Assembly: GCA_040285855.1 (NCBI GenBank)
Contig: JAUFOQ010000016.1
Span: 1,984,001-2,048,000 of the forward strand
DNA from: Eukaryota sp. GEM-RC1
Taxonomy: Eukaryota
Reading direction: 5' to 3'
Length of the DNA stretch: 64,000 nt
This document shows positions 39,978 to 52,994 of the stretch, piece after piece. Position numbers and translations under genes: made by a program. The notes under the pieces are model-generated. The model made no database searches, was not told the origin of the DNA, and saw only the letters and a program-made list of their open reading frames with translations. Positions within the stretch are counted from its first letter, which is position 1. Each line of letters starts with the position of its first letter.

Positions 39978-42928
39978 ATGACCATTGTTCAAGGCTCCGT
40001 ATCGGATTCAGTTGGGTTAACAGGACCACCGACTTCCTGTTATACTAAAACAGTCAGTCCTGATTACTTCGAGTTCGTGTCTCAGTTCTCTATCAACAAG
40101 CAACGGGAGTATCTTACTGATTCCGTGATTGTCTTCCACGAACAACACTACCCTTGTCACTCTGCGTTCCTCTCCTCCTACAGTTCAATTTTGAAAGATC
40201 ACTTCCTGAGCTCTGGATCTGAAGTGTTCTTTTCCCAACTCGAATTCGTTGTTCCTGATGCCGATCTCTTCTTTCAAATCCTAGACTACCTTTATGGTCA
40301 ACCCTTAACACTCACCCTTCAAAACATGGGAATTGTTCTCACAATTTGCTCTTCACTTCAACTTTCCTCTTTGGCTAATACCATACATACGGTGGTTTCT
40401 CAAGGATTCTCTAAACCACGTACTCTTCAATTGAAATCTCAAGAAGTCTTGCAAACTATTAGGTCAAGTGTTCAACGAGACGTCGTGCTTACTTATAAAG
40501 ATACATCTTTGACCATCAACTCTTTGTCACTGATCTGTTCCTCTGAATATTTCAAAAATCTGTTTTGTTTGAATTTTGCTGATTCCAAGAACCGCAAATT
40601 TTCTTTTGATGAAGAGTTTCCAGATGTTTCTCCTTCCAATTTTGAGACGTTTTTCAACTATATTCAAGGCGAGGCCTTTTCCCTAGATGTCAATAATGTT
40701 GTTGATTTCTATCAATTGGCGGTCTACTTTCAAGTAGAGAATCTTAAGAAAATTTGCAGTTCATTTGTTTCTCCCGTTTTGTTCTCCACACACTTATGCC
40801 TCCTATTAAAGACTATTTCAGAGCGATACCTTCTCAATTTTTTGATTGAAAATATCCAAATCTTTACAAGGCTGGACGATCAACAGTATCAAGAATCACC
40901 TTTTCCATTACCTCTTACTTTTGTTTCAGTTCTAGTTGAAGTTGTCAGTACTGCCTGGATATATGAATGTTTGAGTTTATCCATCAATGATGAAGTTTTT
41001 GAACAAGATTATCATATTTTGAATGAAGTTTTTGAGAAGATTGTTTTGACTGGTCAAAATATTGGTTTCGTTTACCGGTCTCTACTTCCCCTCTTTAGTC
41101 ACCCCTACCTCCATCAATTCATGTTAACTTGGTCATTGAAGGTCTTCGAAAACATCAAAAATGTCAATGTCGTCCCTGAAGAATGGTTCATGTGGACATA
41201 TCTCAATACTGTAAATCAGCAACAGTGCAGAATGTTAAGTAGCGATTTGGTTGTCCAAAATTTCTCGTTGTTAGTTGATGAAACTAGTAACCCATTAGAT
41301 GTTTCGAAGTGTCTCTATCTAAATCCTGAAGTTTTCTTACACTTAAAAGCCAATCTTCCTTCTTCCTATGATTTGTTCCTATTTAATTGTTTGGTTAAGT
41401 CTTGGAAGGAAACGGATCTTTGGACTGTCAAGAATTTTGAAGCAGTGATTGGTGATTATGATTTTCAAACTACTGGAAATCCTGTTCAAATTTTAAATGC
41501 CCTATCAGAATTGACAATTGATACTCGACTTTCTCCTTTCCTTTCGACAGTCTTACTGAACCACGCCTTGGCTCTTTTGAATCATCGTGGACAATCGTTT
41601 TGCTGCTCTAGATCTGCCACTGCTTTCCTAAAAGTCCTAATGCATTTGACTTTGAAGAACAACGTAACAGGGCTAAACAAGATGGCATTTTTGTCTTACT
41701 AAAAGAGATCAAGGGTTTGTTGAATAAACTCTCAGAATCCAACAAGGTTAAGATCTTCAGTTGTATTGTAGAAATCTTTAACACACAACATCCTTGTTCA
41801 AGATCTCTTTCTGATGAATTATTTGTGGAATTTAAAAAGGAGTTTACTTTCCTTTTATTTAACAAGGCTGTATTGGAACCCTCTTTTATGAATCTTTACT
41901 CTCAACTTTCTACCAAATTATCCAAGGAATTTCCTGGTTTCTCGGGTTCTTTAATAGCTCAATGTCAGGCTAATTTTGAAACGTTTTTTGTGGAAGATTC
42001 AGATGAATTCACCGACCTACTGAACCTGAGTAAGAGTTCTTGTTCTATCAACGAGGACCATACAATGATAGAAGAGAAACTGAAGGAAGAAGTACTGGGT
42101 ACTCTTGAATTTATTGCTTCTTTAATTCTTCACTCAGTTATTCCTCCTGGTGTGGCTCGAGCAATTACTAAAGAATTAGTTAAGAACTTCCAAAAACCAT
42201 TCGCCATTGAAGGACTTTTTAACCCTTTGGACTAAACTACTTGAATCAGCTGGAATCAATGAATACATTGAGACTGTTGTGGCAAAACAAATCAGTGATT
42301 TCTCTACTTGTACTGACATTTCTATTAGAGAACGTGTTCTTTGTGCTAAGTGGATGGACTTTTATTACAATGAAAAACAACGAAGGCAACACCTTTGTCA
42401 GAAATCTGGTGATGCACCTACCAAGAAAAAAAATGTTGTACTTTATACTGAAGAAAAAGTCCAGAAGTTTGTCATGAATTTTGACAGAATGGGAATTACT
42501 AGTTTACTGTCAGAGTTCTTAAAACTTCGTCTTTCAGGTCCAGACAAGATTACATTTGTTGCTGATGTTTGGTATCATTTCATTAACTTGAACAAACCAT
42601 TGCTTCGAGATCAGTTTCAGTTAATCATTAAAGAATTGATGAAAGGTAATCCTGGATTGACAAGGAGTCAATGTGCAGCTGGTTTATGTAAGTTTTTGAA
42701 GATGGAAAATACGAAGATTTATTATTAGATTTTCCTAGAACAGGGCAATTCCTGAGCCCAATATTGTCAGATTGGCTTAGTCTGGGTATAGTAGATAGGT
42801 CACAATTATTTAATTGTTTAGTACATGTGGATCCTTCCAATATTTCAAATTTGGTTACTCCTTTGGTAGTTTGTCTTAAAGAGAATGGAATGGAGTATGA
42901 GTGGTTGGAAAGATCTGTAAGTTTGTAG
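39978..42928 (+). CDS. Tandem-BTB + MIF4G + MA3 (eIF4G-like) fusion protein, broken by homopolymer indels
   Basis: Two BTB domains (CHSAFLSSYSSIL; SLICSSEYFKNLF). After frame repair: LKEIKGLLNKLSESN...LFNKAVLEPSFMNLYSQL...LIAQCQANFE...LGTLEFIASL (MIF4G) and YEDLLLDFPRTGQFL (MA3-like). Stop at 42928. Confidence 0.7.
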
Positions 42929-44111
42929 TAATTTGACCTTCTATTGGAATCTAGTCCTTAGTACAATAGTTTCCTTTTTAAAAATATTTTGTTTGTGTTG
43001 TTAGCATGTATTTAAAGTGAACCTTACAGATGACATAGACATAGATCGTATTCCGACTTTCTATTATCGGTGTTAGCAACTCGAGAGCTCTCCATTCAAC
43101 AAGAAATCATATCTTGTGATTGAAGAAATTTGTCATTTTAGGATGGATAGAGTGTTAGTCTGTGATGTGTGTGACCCATACTAGTAATATGAAACATTAA
43201 GTGGAATTTTAGCTGAACTACTCGTCAGAGATAGGGGACAAATGTGGGAATTGCAGTATAGTGTTGGGTTATTGTTAGTAAAAAAATTGATGCAGCAGCG
43301 TTTTATAGAATCGGTGTGGTTGAATACATTGTGTAGTAAAATAGTGGATGTTTTCCAAAGAAGAAGGAAATGAAACAAGACAATGTAGTGATCTCTTCAA
43401 TCGCATTCAACTGTCATTTTATCCAAGAATTCCTCCAACCACCAGCAATTTAAAATACATTAACCTCTTATTGGTGCCCTCAACCAGTGACCGTCAAATA
43501 TATACCGCAATATGTTAGTCCCAACACTATTTACAATACGGTATTGCAATACTCCAATAGATTGCAATTTTTGCAAGTAATTTACAGTACATATTGTTGA
43601 TGAGACATTGTACGATGATCAAATAACAACCCACATGTAGATCAACAGGCTTCATCAAATATCTCCATTTTCTCTGTGGCCATGTTGTAGACCACATTAA
43701 TCTCGCAAACTGGATGATAACAATCCAGAAAATTCACAATTTTAAATTGGCGAGTGAGTCTACACTTAGTATAGTGGCTCAACAATTCGTGTGATGAGAT
43801 CCAAAAGCCATCAGATGTTAAACTATAATTATACAAGTATAATATTGACTATACACAGGAATGCTGCACAAAGAAAAGGTGAACTTGAAGAGGATTTTGA
43901 GTTTTTCAGCATATCAAAAATTGCAATATTCTTTTCTGTATATTTCCTGAAACTGGAAATATATCTGGAAACTGTTATGGATCACTTTACCTTAGAAAAG
44001 CAATTGTTCTGGCTCTACAACAGGATGCAATCACGCTTTCTGTGATGAAGAAATATTTCGCTGCAGGTTGATATCATAGTAATGCTCTTACACCAATATT
44101 GCAGTACAGTA

Positions 44112-44150
44112 TATTTGTAGGAAGGTTACCTTATTGGGTACCGAACAAAG
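44112..44150 (+). mobile_element. Solo 3' tip of family A retroelement
   Basis: TTTGTAGGAAGGTTACCTTATTGGGTACCGAACAAA is the reverse complement of the family A tail. Confidence 0.75.
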
Positions 44151-44563
44151 TTTGTTGTAAATTTTAATTAATTAAATATTGATTGGCCACAGTACCATAC
44201 CATATTGTTCTAGAGCTCATGTTGTCAATAAATAATGTTGGTACAATATATATAAATTTGTTGTTTTTTTCAATCTCTGCAACTGGTGTCACGTGTATAG
44301 ATGTTTTTGTAGACAATATTGGTTTATTTATCACAATGTATCAAAACAATAAATCAATAATTATTTTTGATTTGGGGGGGGGACTTTCATTGCAACTAGA
44401 ACATTACAATGTCTATTGTTACTGGTTCATTTTGTGACTTTGAATTCTTCAATCAAAAGCAACAGATTAACCCACTACTCACTGATCGACACCTTCCCAC
44501 ATTATCTTGCAAAATTGGTGTCAGTCAACAAACTTAAATGTTATAAAAAAACAGTAATTCCAT

Positions 44564-45667
44564 TTACATTTTATCAACTTGTTGTTTCTTCATCAACTCC
44601 AGCCAACTCTTTGGTTTACTAGCTTGAGCTGAAACACCTAAACAATGAGACCCAAGACTATGAAAAGCAGATGTCATTAAATTTAGCTCTAAATCAGCTC
44701 GTTTTTTGGACTTTTGCATTTGAATTTGCAACTGATGGTTCTGTTTCAAACTGCTTTCCAATTTACTATCCAAAACTGCCATTTCCGTCAACTTCCTACT
44801 CATTTGGATACATAATGTCTGTAACTGAACTCTCGTCAAATCTTCACATGATGACTCTATATCAGTAAGACTCAAAGAAGATAGATCAATTTTGATTGGT
44901 TCCTCGTGATTTGATTGTGTTGATTTCAACTCCTCAATGAGCTTACTTTGACTGCTCAATTGTTCTTCCAATGCTTCCTTCTCTTGTCTTAAAAAGGTCA
45001 TATCAGAAAGACTAGATTGACACGTCATCAGTTGCTGTGAGAACTGTGCGTTCTTCAACTGCAGTTCATCAAAAACTTTCTGCAACTGAATCAATTGAGC
45101 TCGGAGAGAATCATTGTCACTCTGAAGCCTGGTGTTTTCTGCTTTTAGATCATCAATACCTGAACAACACGTGTGATCAGATTGAGATTGTTCCTCCACT
45201 TGAGGTGGTTGTTCCAAGGACTCGTCAGGTGGAGATAGGTCTTGATCAGGTGTCGTTGTTTGAAGTGGAGGTAACATTTGGTCAGCCATTTGATGTAGTT
45301 CTTTGGCAGATTCAGGTGAAAGAGAACTTAGATATTGATCTAGGAGATCTTGATTTGGAGATCGGATTGCACAAGCAACAACCGATTGTACCAATAGCTC
45401 CAGACTGGCTTTTTCCCGAGCAAGGACCTTTGGAAGTTTGATATTCAGAGACTGATCATGCACTTGGAACTTGTCAGATATTTGTTTCAGAAAAGTCTTG
45501 ACGAATGCACGTTTTTTAACAACATTGTTATCGTGTGGGGAGAGTGGAGGAAAAGAAGACGGATCTAGGCGTGATAAGATACGCTGTAGAACATCACATG
45601 AATAAAGATCTTCCAAAGAAGATATTGATGGATCAAACTGCTTAACAAACGACAGTGATGAATCCAT
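44564..45667 (-). CDS. HOOK: HOOK-family coiled-coil adaptor
   Basis: N-terminal Hook-domain-like LEDLYSCDVLQRILSRLDPSSF..VVACAI, coiled coil, and C-terminal ELNLMTSAFHSLG..SWLE. Confidence 0.7.
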   Translation of the reverse strand: MDSSLSFVKQFDPSISSLEDLYSCDVLQRILSRLDPSSFPPLSPHDNNVVKKRAFVKTFLKQISDKFQVHDQSLNIKLPKVLAREKASLELLVQSVVACAIRSPNQDLLDQYLSSLSPESAKELHQMADQMLPPLQTTTPDQDLSPPDESLEQPPQVEEQSQSDHTCCSGIDDLKAENTRLQSDNDSLRAQLIQLQKVFDELQLKNAQFSQQLMTCQSSLSDMTFLRQEKEALEEQLSSQSKLIEELKSTQSNHEEPIKIDLSSLSLTDIESSCEDLTRVQLQTLCIQMSRKLTEMAVLDSKLESSLKQNHQLQIQMQKSKKRADLELNLMTSAFHSLGSHCLGVSAQASKPKSWLELMKKQQVDKM

Positions 45668-46122
45668 GATGAAGAAGTGACTAGATTGTAAAAGTTTAAC
45701 AAATTAGACCGCTGTCAGCTTTGATGCCCAAATTTTTACTCAATTATCAGTAAGTTGTATAAGATCTGTGGTACTGTTGATCAGAATTTTCGGTGTCTTG
45801 CGTTCCATAGATATATTTTGATGTTTGCTCTTTCTTTTCATCTATAAACGACATGGAATTTAACATAGTAAACATAGAATTTGGCGCAAAATCAAAACCG
45901 TCACCTCGACTTATAAATCATCAATTTATTTCCTATTCGGTAAAATATTTCCTGGTGACTTGACTGCCCAAAGATGATGAAATACAGACGAGCAACGATG
46001 ATTCTAAAAACATGCAAAACCACTCAATCTAAAGCCACTGATTTCTCTGGAAAGAAGAAAGAAAGAAGAAATGTTTGGATTGATACATCAATGATGGATT
46101 GAAAAAAAATTATTTTAGTTCG

Positions 46123-49100
46123 ATGTCAATCCAACACATCCTGAAAGTTGGCGAGAAGCGTCGAGCACTCGCTCATAAGGAGATCGACTTTGCTTCCTTG
46201 TTGGCATCTGAATATGATCAGCATGTTTTTGTTGATGCATGCATTGCTCACGGTGCTTGGCACGCTCTGTTTGCGGAAATCACATCTGACAGCATTGCCC
46301 TCCAGTATGAAATGTGTAGAGTTCTTAGAATCCCGCGAGTCCGTCGTGCTCTCCTGACATCTTTAGGAGAGGAGAAGTTGGCCACTGTCTTCGCTGAAGC
46401 AAGTAGTATCATTCGTAGAGCCTTGATTTCTGCCCTCCGTGGAATGGGTACCGCCTCTCATCGTCATGTTGAAGCCATCTGGGCTTCCTTATCTAAAAGC
46501 CGAACAGGAGCTCCTGCTCACCTGCCATTCCGATCTTCCCCAGATGATCGTTTCAGACAACTACTCTCTTGAATCCCTTGAACTAGACAAGCTCACTGAT
46601 ACGATAGCTGCGGAAGTCCTCACAAGCCTCATCTCCCTTATCTCCTCTTCTCATCCCGATAAACTAGGCTCTCTCCTAAGCAGATACAAATCTACGTTGA
46701 CACACCTCATCAGCCGAAAAGCTCTCTCTCCAGTTGTTGATGACTTGGTTGCTATGTTAAGTGACAAGTGTCCTGACAACCTCGCTGCCCTTGTTACCAC
46801 CCTATCTGAATCCCTCTTCTTCCGAAACCCTGATCAATTCGTAGTTTCCTTTATTAAGAACTGCTCTCCCTCAGTCTTCTTCAACCATGTCTACCCCCGG
46901 CTTCCCTCCATCCTTCCACGAGTTACTGAACGTGAGGTGATCACAGATCGTATCGCTGAGCTCTTGTTCGTTGACGTGTTCTCTTCTGGAACTAAGAATC
47001 AGTATGATCAGTTCAACAACAACTACAACTCCCCAGTGTCTCCCACAGGAGCTTATCCAATGGGTTTAACTCCTGAAGACGTTCATAACATTGGACTCAA
47101 ATCCCTCTCAAAACTAAATGAGCTGTCTTCTAACCCCAAGGAGTTCTTCAATCTCTCAGCTTTTGCTTCCCCTTACTCCTTCTTGTTTAGACCTGACGTG
47201 GATTCTGAGTTTGTGACTGCTGTGTTTGATATCCTTGTTGCTACCGCCTCTGCTGATTTGAACTCTTTAAAGATGGCTCCTCGTGCTAATCAAATAGTCA
47301 TTTGGTCTATCTTTTCAGTGATTACTCCTAAATTACCAAAGGAGCTCAAGGACTATGTGAAAAAGACTAGATTCTTACAAAATAAGGAATCTGATGTCAG
47401 AAGTGCTGCTGCGTTGGCTTTGATTGCTGCTTCTGTCACAGTTGCACGTGATCACCAATTTGATTTGATTGCTCAAATGAGTGATCTCTTTTCTAGAATT
47501 GGCAACTGTGAGTTTACCCTATCTTCTGTTCTAGCTGGTACTGAATACTACTGCAAGGCCACTCATATATGGACAAGACCTGATGTATCTGGATTTGCTG
47601 GAAATCCTCAAGAACTTCTTTATTAAATGGTCTAACAAAGCAGACTCCGTTCCTGCCCTCGCTGCTATTGCCAGATCTCTATTACTTTCTGTTCTTACCT
47701 TACCATCAGTTTTGGAAGAGAATGTTAATCAAATGCTGGATCTTTCTACTTCTTTAGCAGATGTCGCTGCTCTTTCAAACCAGTCTGCCTCCAGACCTTC
47801 CTTCCATCACGTGGACTTCCTCTCTCTCGAACCTTTGAAGTTAAACAGTAAGCAATTGAGAAAGAAGAAGTTGATTGCAGTTAAAGTTAATGAGCTAAAG
47901 CCTACAAAGTTCCACCCAATCATGACGTCATTTGTCTTGGATTACACCCTCCAAAAGGGCTATTGTACCTCCATCCCTTCTGATAACGAGATTCTCAAGG
48001 TAGTTACGGAAATGAGACCACCAGTCACCCGCTACTACAATCACTTGTCTATCTTTGTCCTTGAGAGTTTGAACTTGACTCTACCCAGTGTTTCTGATGA
48101 GAGAGTTAAGGAGATTTACGAAGCTTTGGAGGCTGGAAAGGCTCTTGCTCCCAATGAAGACGACGCTGTTGATGCTGAAATTATCTATAGAATTTCAAAT
48201 TCTCTTGCAACAATGTGCAGTGCTACTGTTAAACGTAGAATCATGGCTCTTTTGCAACCACCCACTGATCGCGTTGTCCCTAAACCTGTAAAAGAAGAGG
48301 AAAAACCCAAGATTACCAAACCTAGACGTGCTCCCCCTATCACCGTTAACACTACCACCAGACCTCGCTTCTGCCAGTTACCTTCCTACGATCCTAAGGG
48401 ACTTATTCAGAAGGTCTGTGCTGATATTGATGGATATTTGAAGGGAACCCCACAGAATGTCTCTATATCCAAGCAATTATTCAAAATCTTGAGAACCAGT
48501 CTTCAATCCAAAGCCATGTGCTACAATAACACTGATATGGAGTATTTGGCTGACTTCTTTAGATCAGTCTTCCTTAGGTTCTCCGTTAATCCTCAACTAC
48601 TCCAACTAAACCCTGTTTTAACAGCCAGTGGAAGAAAGAAAGCTCCACCTAGAGGTAAAAGAACTTCCAAAGTAACTCCTACTCCCTGGAATCTCCAACT
48701 CCTCTATCACGTGTGTGCCATTCTCACAGTCATTCCCGACTTCAACTTCGATGAGAACATTATTGGTGAGTACAGTGATGGAATTGATGAAGCAAAGAAG
48801 CAGAAAGGAATCGTTGTACCCAAGCCAGATGATCCTAGCTTTGATGCTTTTGTAAGACAACGCGAGTCAGGATTTGGTATGGCTTTCTTGATGTCCTCTG
48901 TTTCTTCAGTAAACTCCTTTAAGGGATATGCACCAACAGCTAACCTTTGTAGAAGGTTCTTGTCTTCGGTTGATGCTGTTAGAGTGTTGGTGAAGAAGAG
49001 TTTGTTAAAGACAGTGGTTGCACCATCAATCACGTCAGCAATGCATTGGCGACTGTCACGACTTCCAGTTAAGGAAGGTGAAACACGTTCCGCACTCACT

Positions 49101-50303
49101 CAGTTCATTCAATCAATTTTAGAAGAAAACCTCGGAGTCACTGCTCTCAAGGGAATCCTACGTTTAATTCCAATGTTAGCTATCCCCAATAAGGTTTCTG
49201 CCGCCCAATTGTTAGAATCTGTTTGGAAGAGACCTAAACTCAATAGAGATGCTCGTGCATTGATCGTTCAGGTCTGTTTCGGTGTATTTGAATCGATCCC
49301 TCTTTTAAACAGATCTTCTTCTGAAAACAAGGATCTCAAGTCATTAAGGAATGTGTTTACTCATGCCAGTACTCTTGCTGATCAAGACGTCATCGCCACT
49401 GCTCTGTTGGAGAACCTAACTGAGGCTAGACCTGGTTATGAGGCTCTCTATGCTGAGTATATTGTTGGAATGTTAGATAAGATGCCGATTACTCTGTTGA
49501 GACCAGCTGAAGAAGTCTTCTTTAAGTTGAAGAATCCTAAAATTGACACTCTGCTTCGTCCTCATAATTGTAGTCTATTGAAGTCTCTTGACTTTAATCA
49601 TCCACCAGATATAACCAAGGTCATTATTTCCCTTTTAAGAAGTTATCAGGGTCAAGTAACTGCTTCTGATTGCTCTTTCTTCAATGATTGTGTATGCAGC
49701 CTAATCAAACAAGTTCATGATTCAGTTGAAACTAACGTCAACAGTGATTCTGAAGATCCATTTGAGTATCTTTTAGATGTTGTTGGAGGAATGATGGAAG
49801 CTTCACAGTTTGCTCATCCTTTTATAGAATCGTTAAAGTCCTCTGTTGAAGCATTAGTTGGCAAGCAAAAGTTCATTTACTTCATTAACATTAGTGCCTT
49901 TGTCTACCTTGTTGATTCTGTTCAATTCTTGCCTATCAAATCTCCATTGGATGGATTCAAATGGCTTTCTCTAGCTGGTAGAGCTTCTTTAACGACTGAA
50001 GATGCTGGTTTAATATACGGAAACTTCTTGACTCACGAAGAACGTTTAGAACTTCCACTACAACACTTCTATGATGTTATGAATGGTAAATCAAGGGAGT
50101 TTTCTTCGTTCAGACCCTCGTTGGTATCAAGCACATTTCCTTGGATGTTGTTTGAGTGTGCTAAGCCTTTTACTCGTCCCCAGTTAATTTCTTTGTTGAG
50201 AGCTCCTGATCTTGATATTTCGCTTCGTACCTGGTTAACTCAGAAGTTGGTTGCTTGTAAAACTGAAGGATCTGTCATATCTGGATCACAATTAACATTT
50301 TAA
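46123..50303 (+). CDS. Large (~1390 aa) alpha-helical hypothetical protein, two indels
   Basis: ORFs 46099-46572, 46439-47626 and 47583-50303 join at a CT-repeat (~46566) and a T-run (~47620). Codon usage is gene-like throughout. Confidence 0.7.
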
Positions 50304-50451
50304 CTTGTAGTTGAACAATAAAATTTGTGTATTATCTTGTATATCGTTTGAACATTGGTTTCTGATACATTCTTTGAAAGTTTAGAGATTTGTTATGGGG
50401 TAATATTTGTCGATAAATTGGTCATAACAAACGACCTTGACCTGAGAGAAA

Positions 50452-51773
50452 TGATGTACAGGCTTCTTCTCACCATAAAACTGGATAGCATTTTGGAAAG
50501 CTCATTTTGTGTTCTGTTCAAGATTTAAGAATTTGAGTCTCAATCAAACACACCTCTTTCAATGTCTTTTCCTTCAATTGTTGGAGGTAAGGTCATTGAC
50601 TTAGTACCAGTGAAGTCAACAGTGATTCTATCTTCTTCACACTTGTTTTATCTTCTGCACATCTACCACTGACACTTAAAGAATCCATAATTAACCAAGG
50701 ATATCGATTTCTTTTCCGTTACCAGCTCTTCGGATACATTGTTCGAAGTCAGGAGTTTTCTTCATTGGACACTCCTCGTTTACCTACAGACAGAGTCACA
50801 TTTGCCCTTAAATGTCCTTCTAACCTTCTTTTTCTCTTTTCTTCCCACAATCTCTGTTGAATTTGTTGCAAAACTGAACAAGATTGAAACCTCAATAGCT
50901 ACAACTTCTTTTCAATTATCCACTTTAATGTCTAAATCGACTACGATATCTTCTACAGCCAGCCTAACATTCCCAGACAAAGACACGTGGCTAGATCCCA
51001 GTTCTTCAACCACTGCGTCTCTCTCTGCAAATTTCTCCTTAATTCTACAGTCTTCCATGCCTGATCCGTTCTCCAGCCGTACCCCTGAGGAGCCCCCAAC
51101 CCCTACCATATCCCTCCAAGAGCAGAAAGATTGGAGGGAGGATCAAATGGAACAGCTTAAACAGCGATTGTACATCATGGAAGTTCAGAAACTTAGTGAT
51201 TTAGAAAAACAATTGGAAAGAGTCAAATCTGAACAACAAGGTGAATTGGAAAGAAGAAAGAAGAAAATTCAAATGTTGGAAAAGAAAAGAGTCACCACAT
51301 CCAAGACTTTGGATACTCGGGAGAAGGAAATTTCAAAAATTACCAAAAATATTCCACAATTTAATGAAAAATGTGAATACTATAGACAGCGTCTTGCGGA
51401 ATCTGAACGAAAATCCCAACTTTTTGAGCTTGAAGTCCTTCAAAATCAAAACCGATTGGCAAATACTAATGATGATGATCTGCACAGCCAAATCCAGTCA
51501 CTTCAATTCCAAAATTCTCAAATAGAATCTGCAAACTTGAAAAAGATCAAAAAATCGCAAAATTATTACGTTATCAGTCCACGTTATCAGAGCAACTTTC
51601 CCAATTAAACACCGTTGATACAAGTTCTTTACAACCAAATAGATCTGAAATGCTATCTCTAATTGGGGAATTGAGATCATCTTTTCAAACTTTATTAAAA
51701 AGTCAAGCCTCTGTTTCTTCTGGCGTTCTGAACTCTGTTGACAAGGGCATGGGGACATAGCAGTACCTGATTG
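50452..51773 (+). CDS. Coiled-coil protein, frameshifted; boundaries uncertain
   Basis: Core ORF 50739-51608 has a strong coiled coil. Coding-like sequence extends on both sides across homopolymer runs. Confidence 0.45.
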
Positions 51774-51841
51774 AAGACTTAACCAAATGACAGTTGTTTT
51801 TTCAAACTTTTTTTTTGCTTTGAGTTATTTTTCCCTTTGAA

Positions 51842-52294
51842 ATGCCACCAAAGAGATCTTGTATAGTTTGTGACTCTTCTGCTTCTTACAAGTGCCCTAC
51901 GTGTATATCCCCTTATTGTTCTTCTAAATGCTTTCAATCACATAAAGTAGCTACTTGTACTCCCAAACCTGTTGCTCAACCTCCCAAGTCTGAACCTCCG
52001 CCCTTTGAATATGCAACTCTATCTAAGAAGCAGCAAGCTATCTTGGACAACAGTGTTACCATACAAGAGCGAACACAATCTCACATCAAATCTCTATGTA
52101 CTCACATTCTATCTTCTCACAATCCTCTAAGCCAGCTACAATCCACTTTTCTACACAATCCCGAATTCCGAGACTTTTATCTGGAAATTGTTGATCTGAT
52201 AGGACAAGAAGCTGAAGGTCATCTAGATTTATCTAAACCACAAGAATCAAGTGATGAAGAATCATCTTGTAGTAACTCGTTAATACCCTATTAA
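51842..52294 (+). CDS. HIT-type zinc finger protein (ZNHIT3/Hit1-like)
   Basis: CIVC...YKCPTCISPYCSSKCFQSHK..C and C-terminal NPEFRDFYLEIVDLI. Confidence 0.85.
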   Translation: MPPKRSCIVCDSSASYKCPTCISPYCSSKCFQSHKVATCTPKPVAQPPKSEPPPFEYATLSKKQQAILDNSVTIQERTQSHIKSLCTHILSSHNPLSQLQSTFLHNPEFRDFYLEIVDLIGQEAEGHLDLSKPQESSDEESSCSNSLIPY

Positions 52295-52345
52295 ACACAT
52301 CATCTTGTTCATCTACATTCAGTTATTCATATACATCATTCAAGT

Positions 52346-52933
52346 CTACGACAGTGAAGTTACTAGATAGTCCAGACCCTCATATAGTCCTGAACCTGTT
52401 ATAGCACAACAAGGTTGTATAAACCACTTGTTACGGATTTTCGAAAGCTCTAACTTTTCTTGAATTTCAGCTGGAGCAAGAGCCTCGTTTAGATCCTGCT
52501 TCTAATGTTAAATAAAGAGAATGGCATACATTAGCAAATACTAAGAGTACAGCACGAGAAAGTTGTTCATCTTTCATCATTTGATGTAGTTCACAACGGG
52601 CACATCCAGTTGAACAATATTCCTCTTTGCCACATGTCATGCGAACATTATCTGCAGAATCTACAACAAAAATGACAGCGTCACTGTTTTGGTAATAGTG
52701 TTTCCATAATGTTCGAAGTCTTTGTTGCCCACCGACATCAAACATGGTGAGACGTAGATTTTTATACTCAACAGTCTCTACATTGAAGCCAATTGTAGGA
52801 ATTGTAGAGATGCTTTCTCCGAACTTTAGTTTGTGGAGAATGGAAGTTTTGCCAGCACAGTCAAGACCCACTTGAAGAATTCTGCACTCCTGGCGACGGA
52901 AAAGAAAAAAAGACGGGAGAAACGAAGACCCAT
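52346..52933 (-). CDS. ARF: ADP-ribosylation factor family GTPase (intron 52502-52529)
   Basis: MG myristoylation start, [32 protein letters not shown] across the intron, and [15 protein letters not shown]. One T-run indel near the start. Confidence 0.9.
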
Positions 52934-52994
52934 TGTGCTACTAGTGGTGTGTAAATGATTGGAAATTTGGTTTCTTATTATTTCTCCTAGTCTG

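Noticed and set aside
43480..44110. A further complete DNA transposon
   Set aside because: ATTGCAAT-type subterminal motifs are present, but no TIR pair or TSD could be identified.
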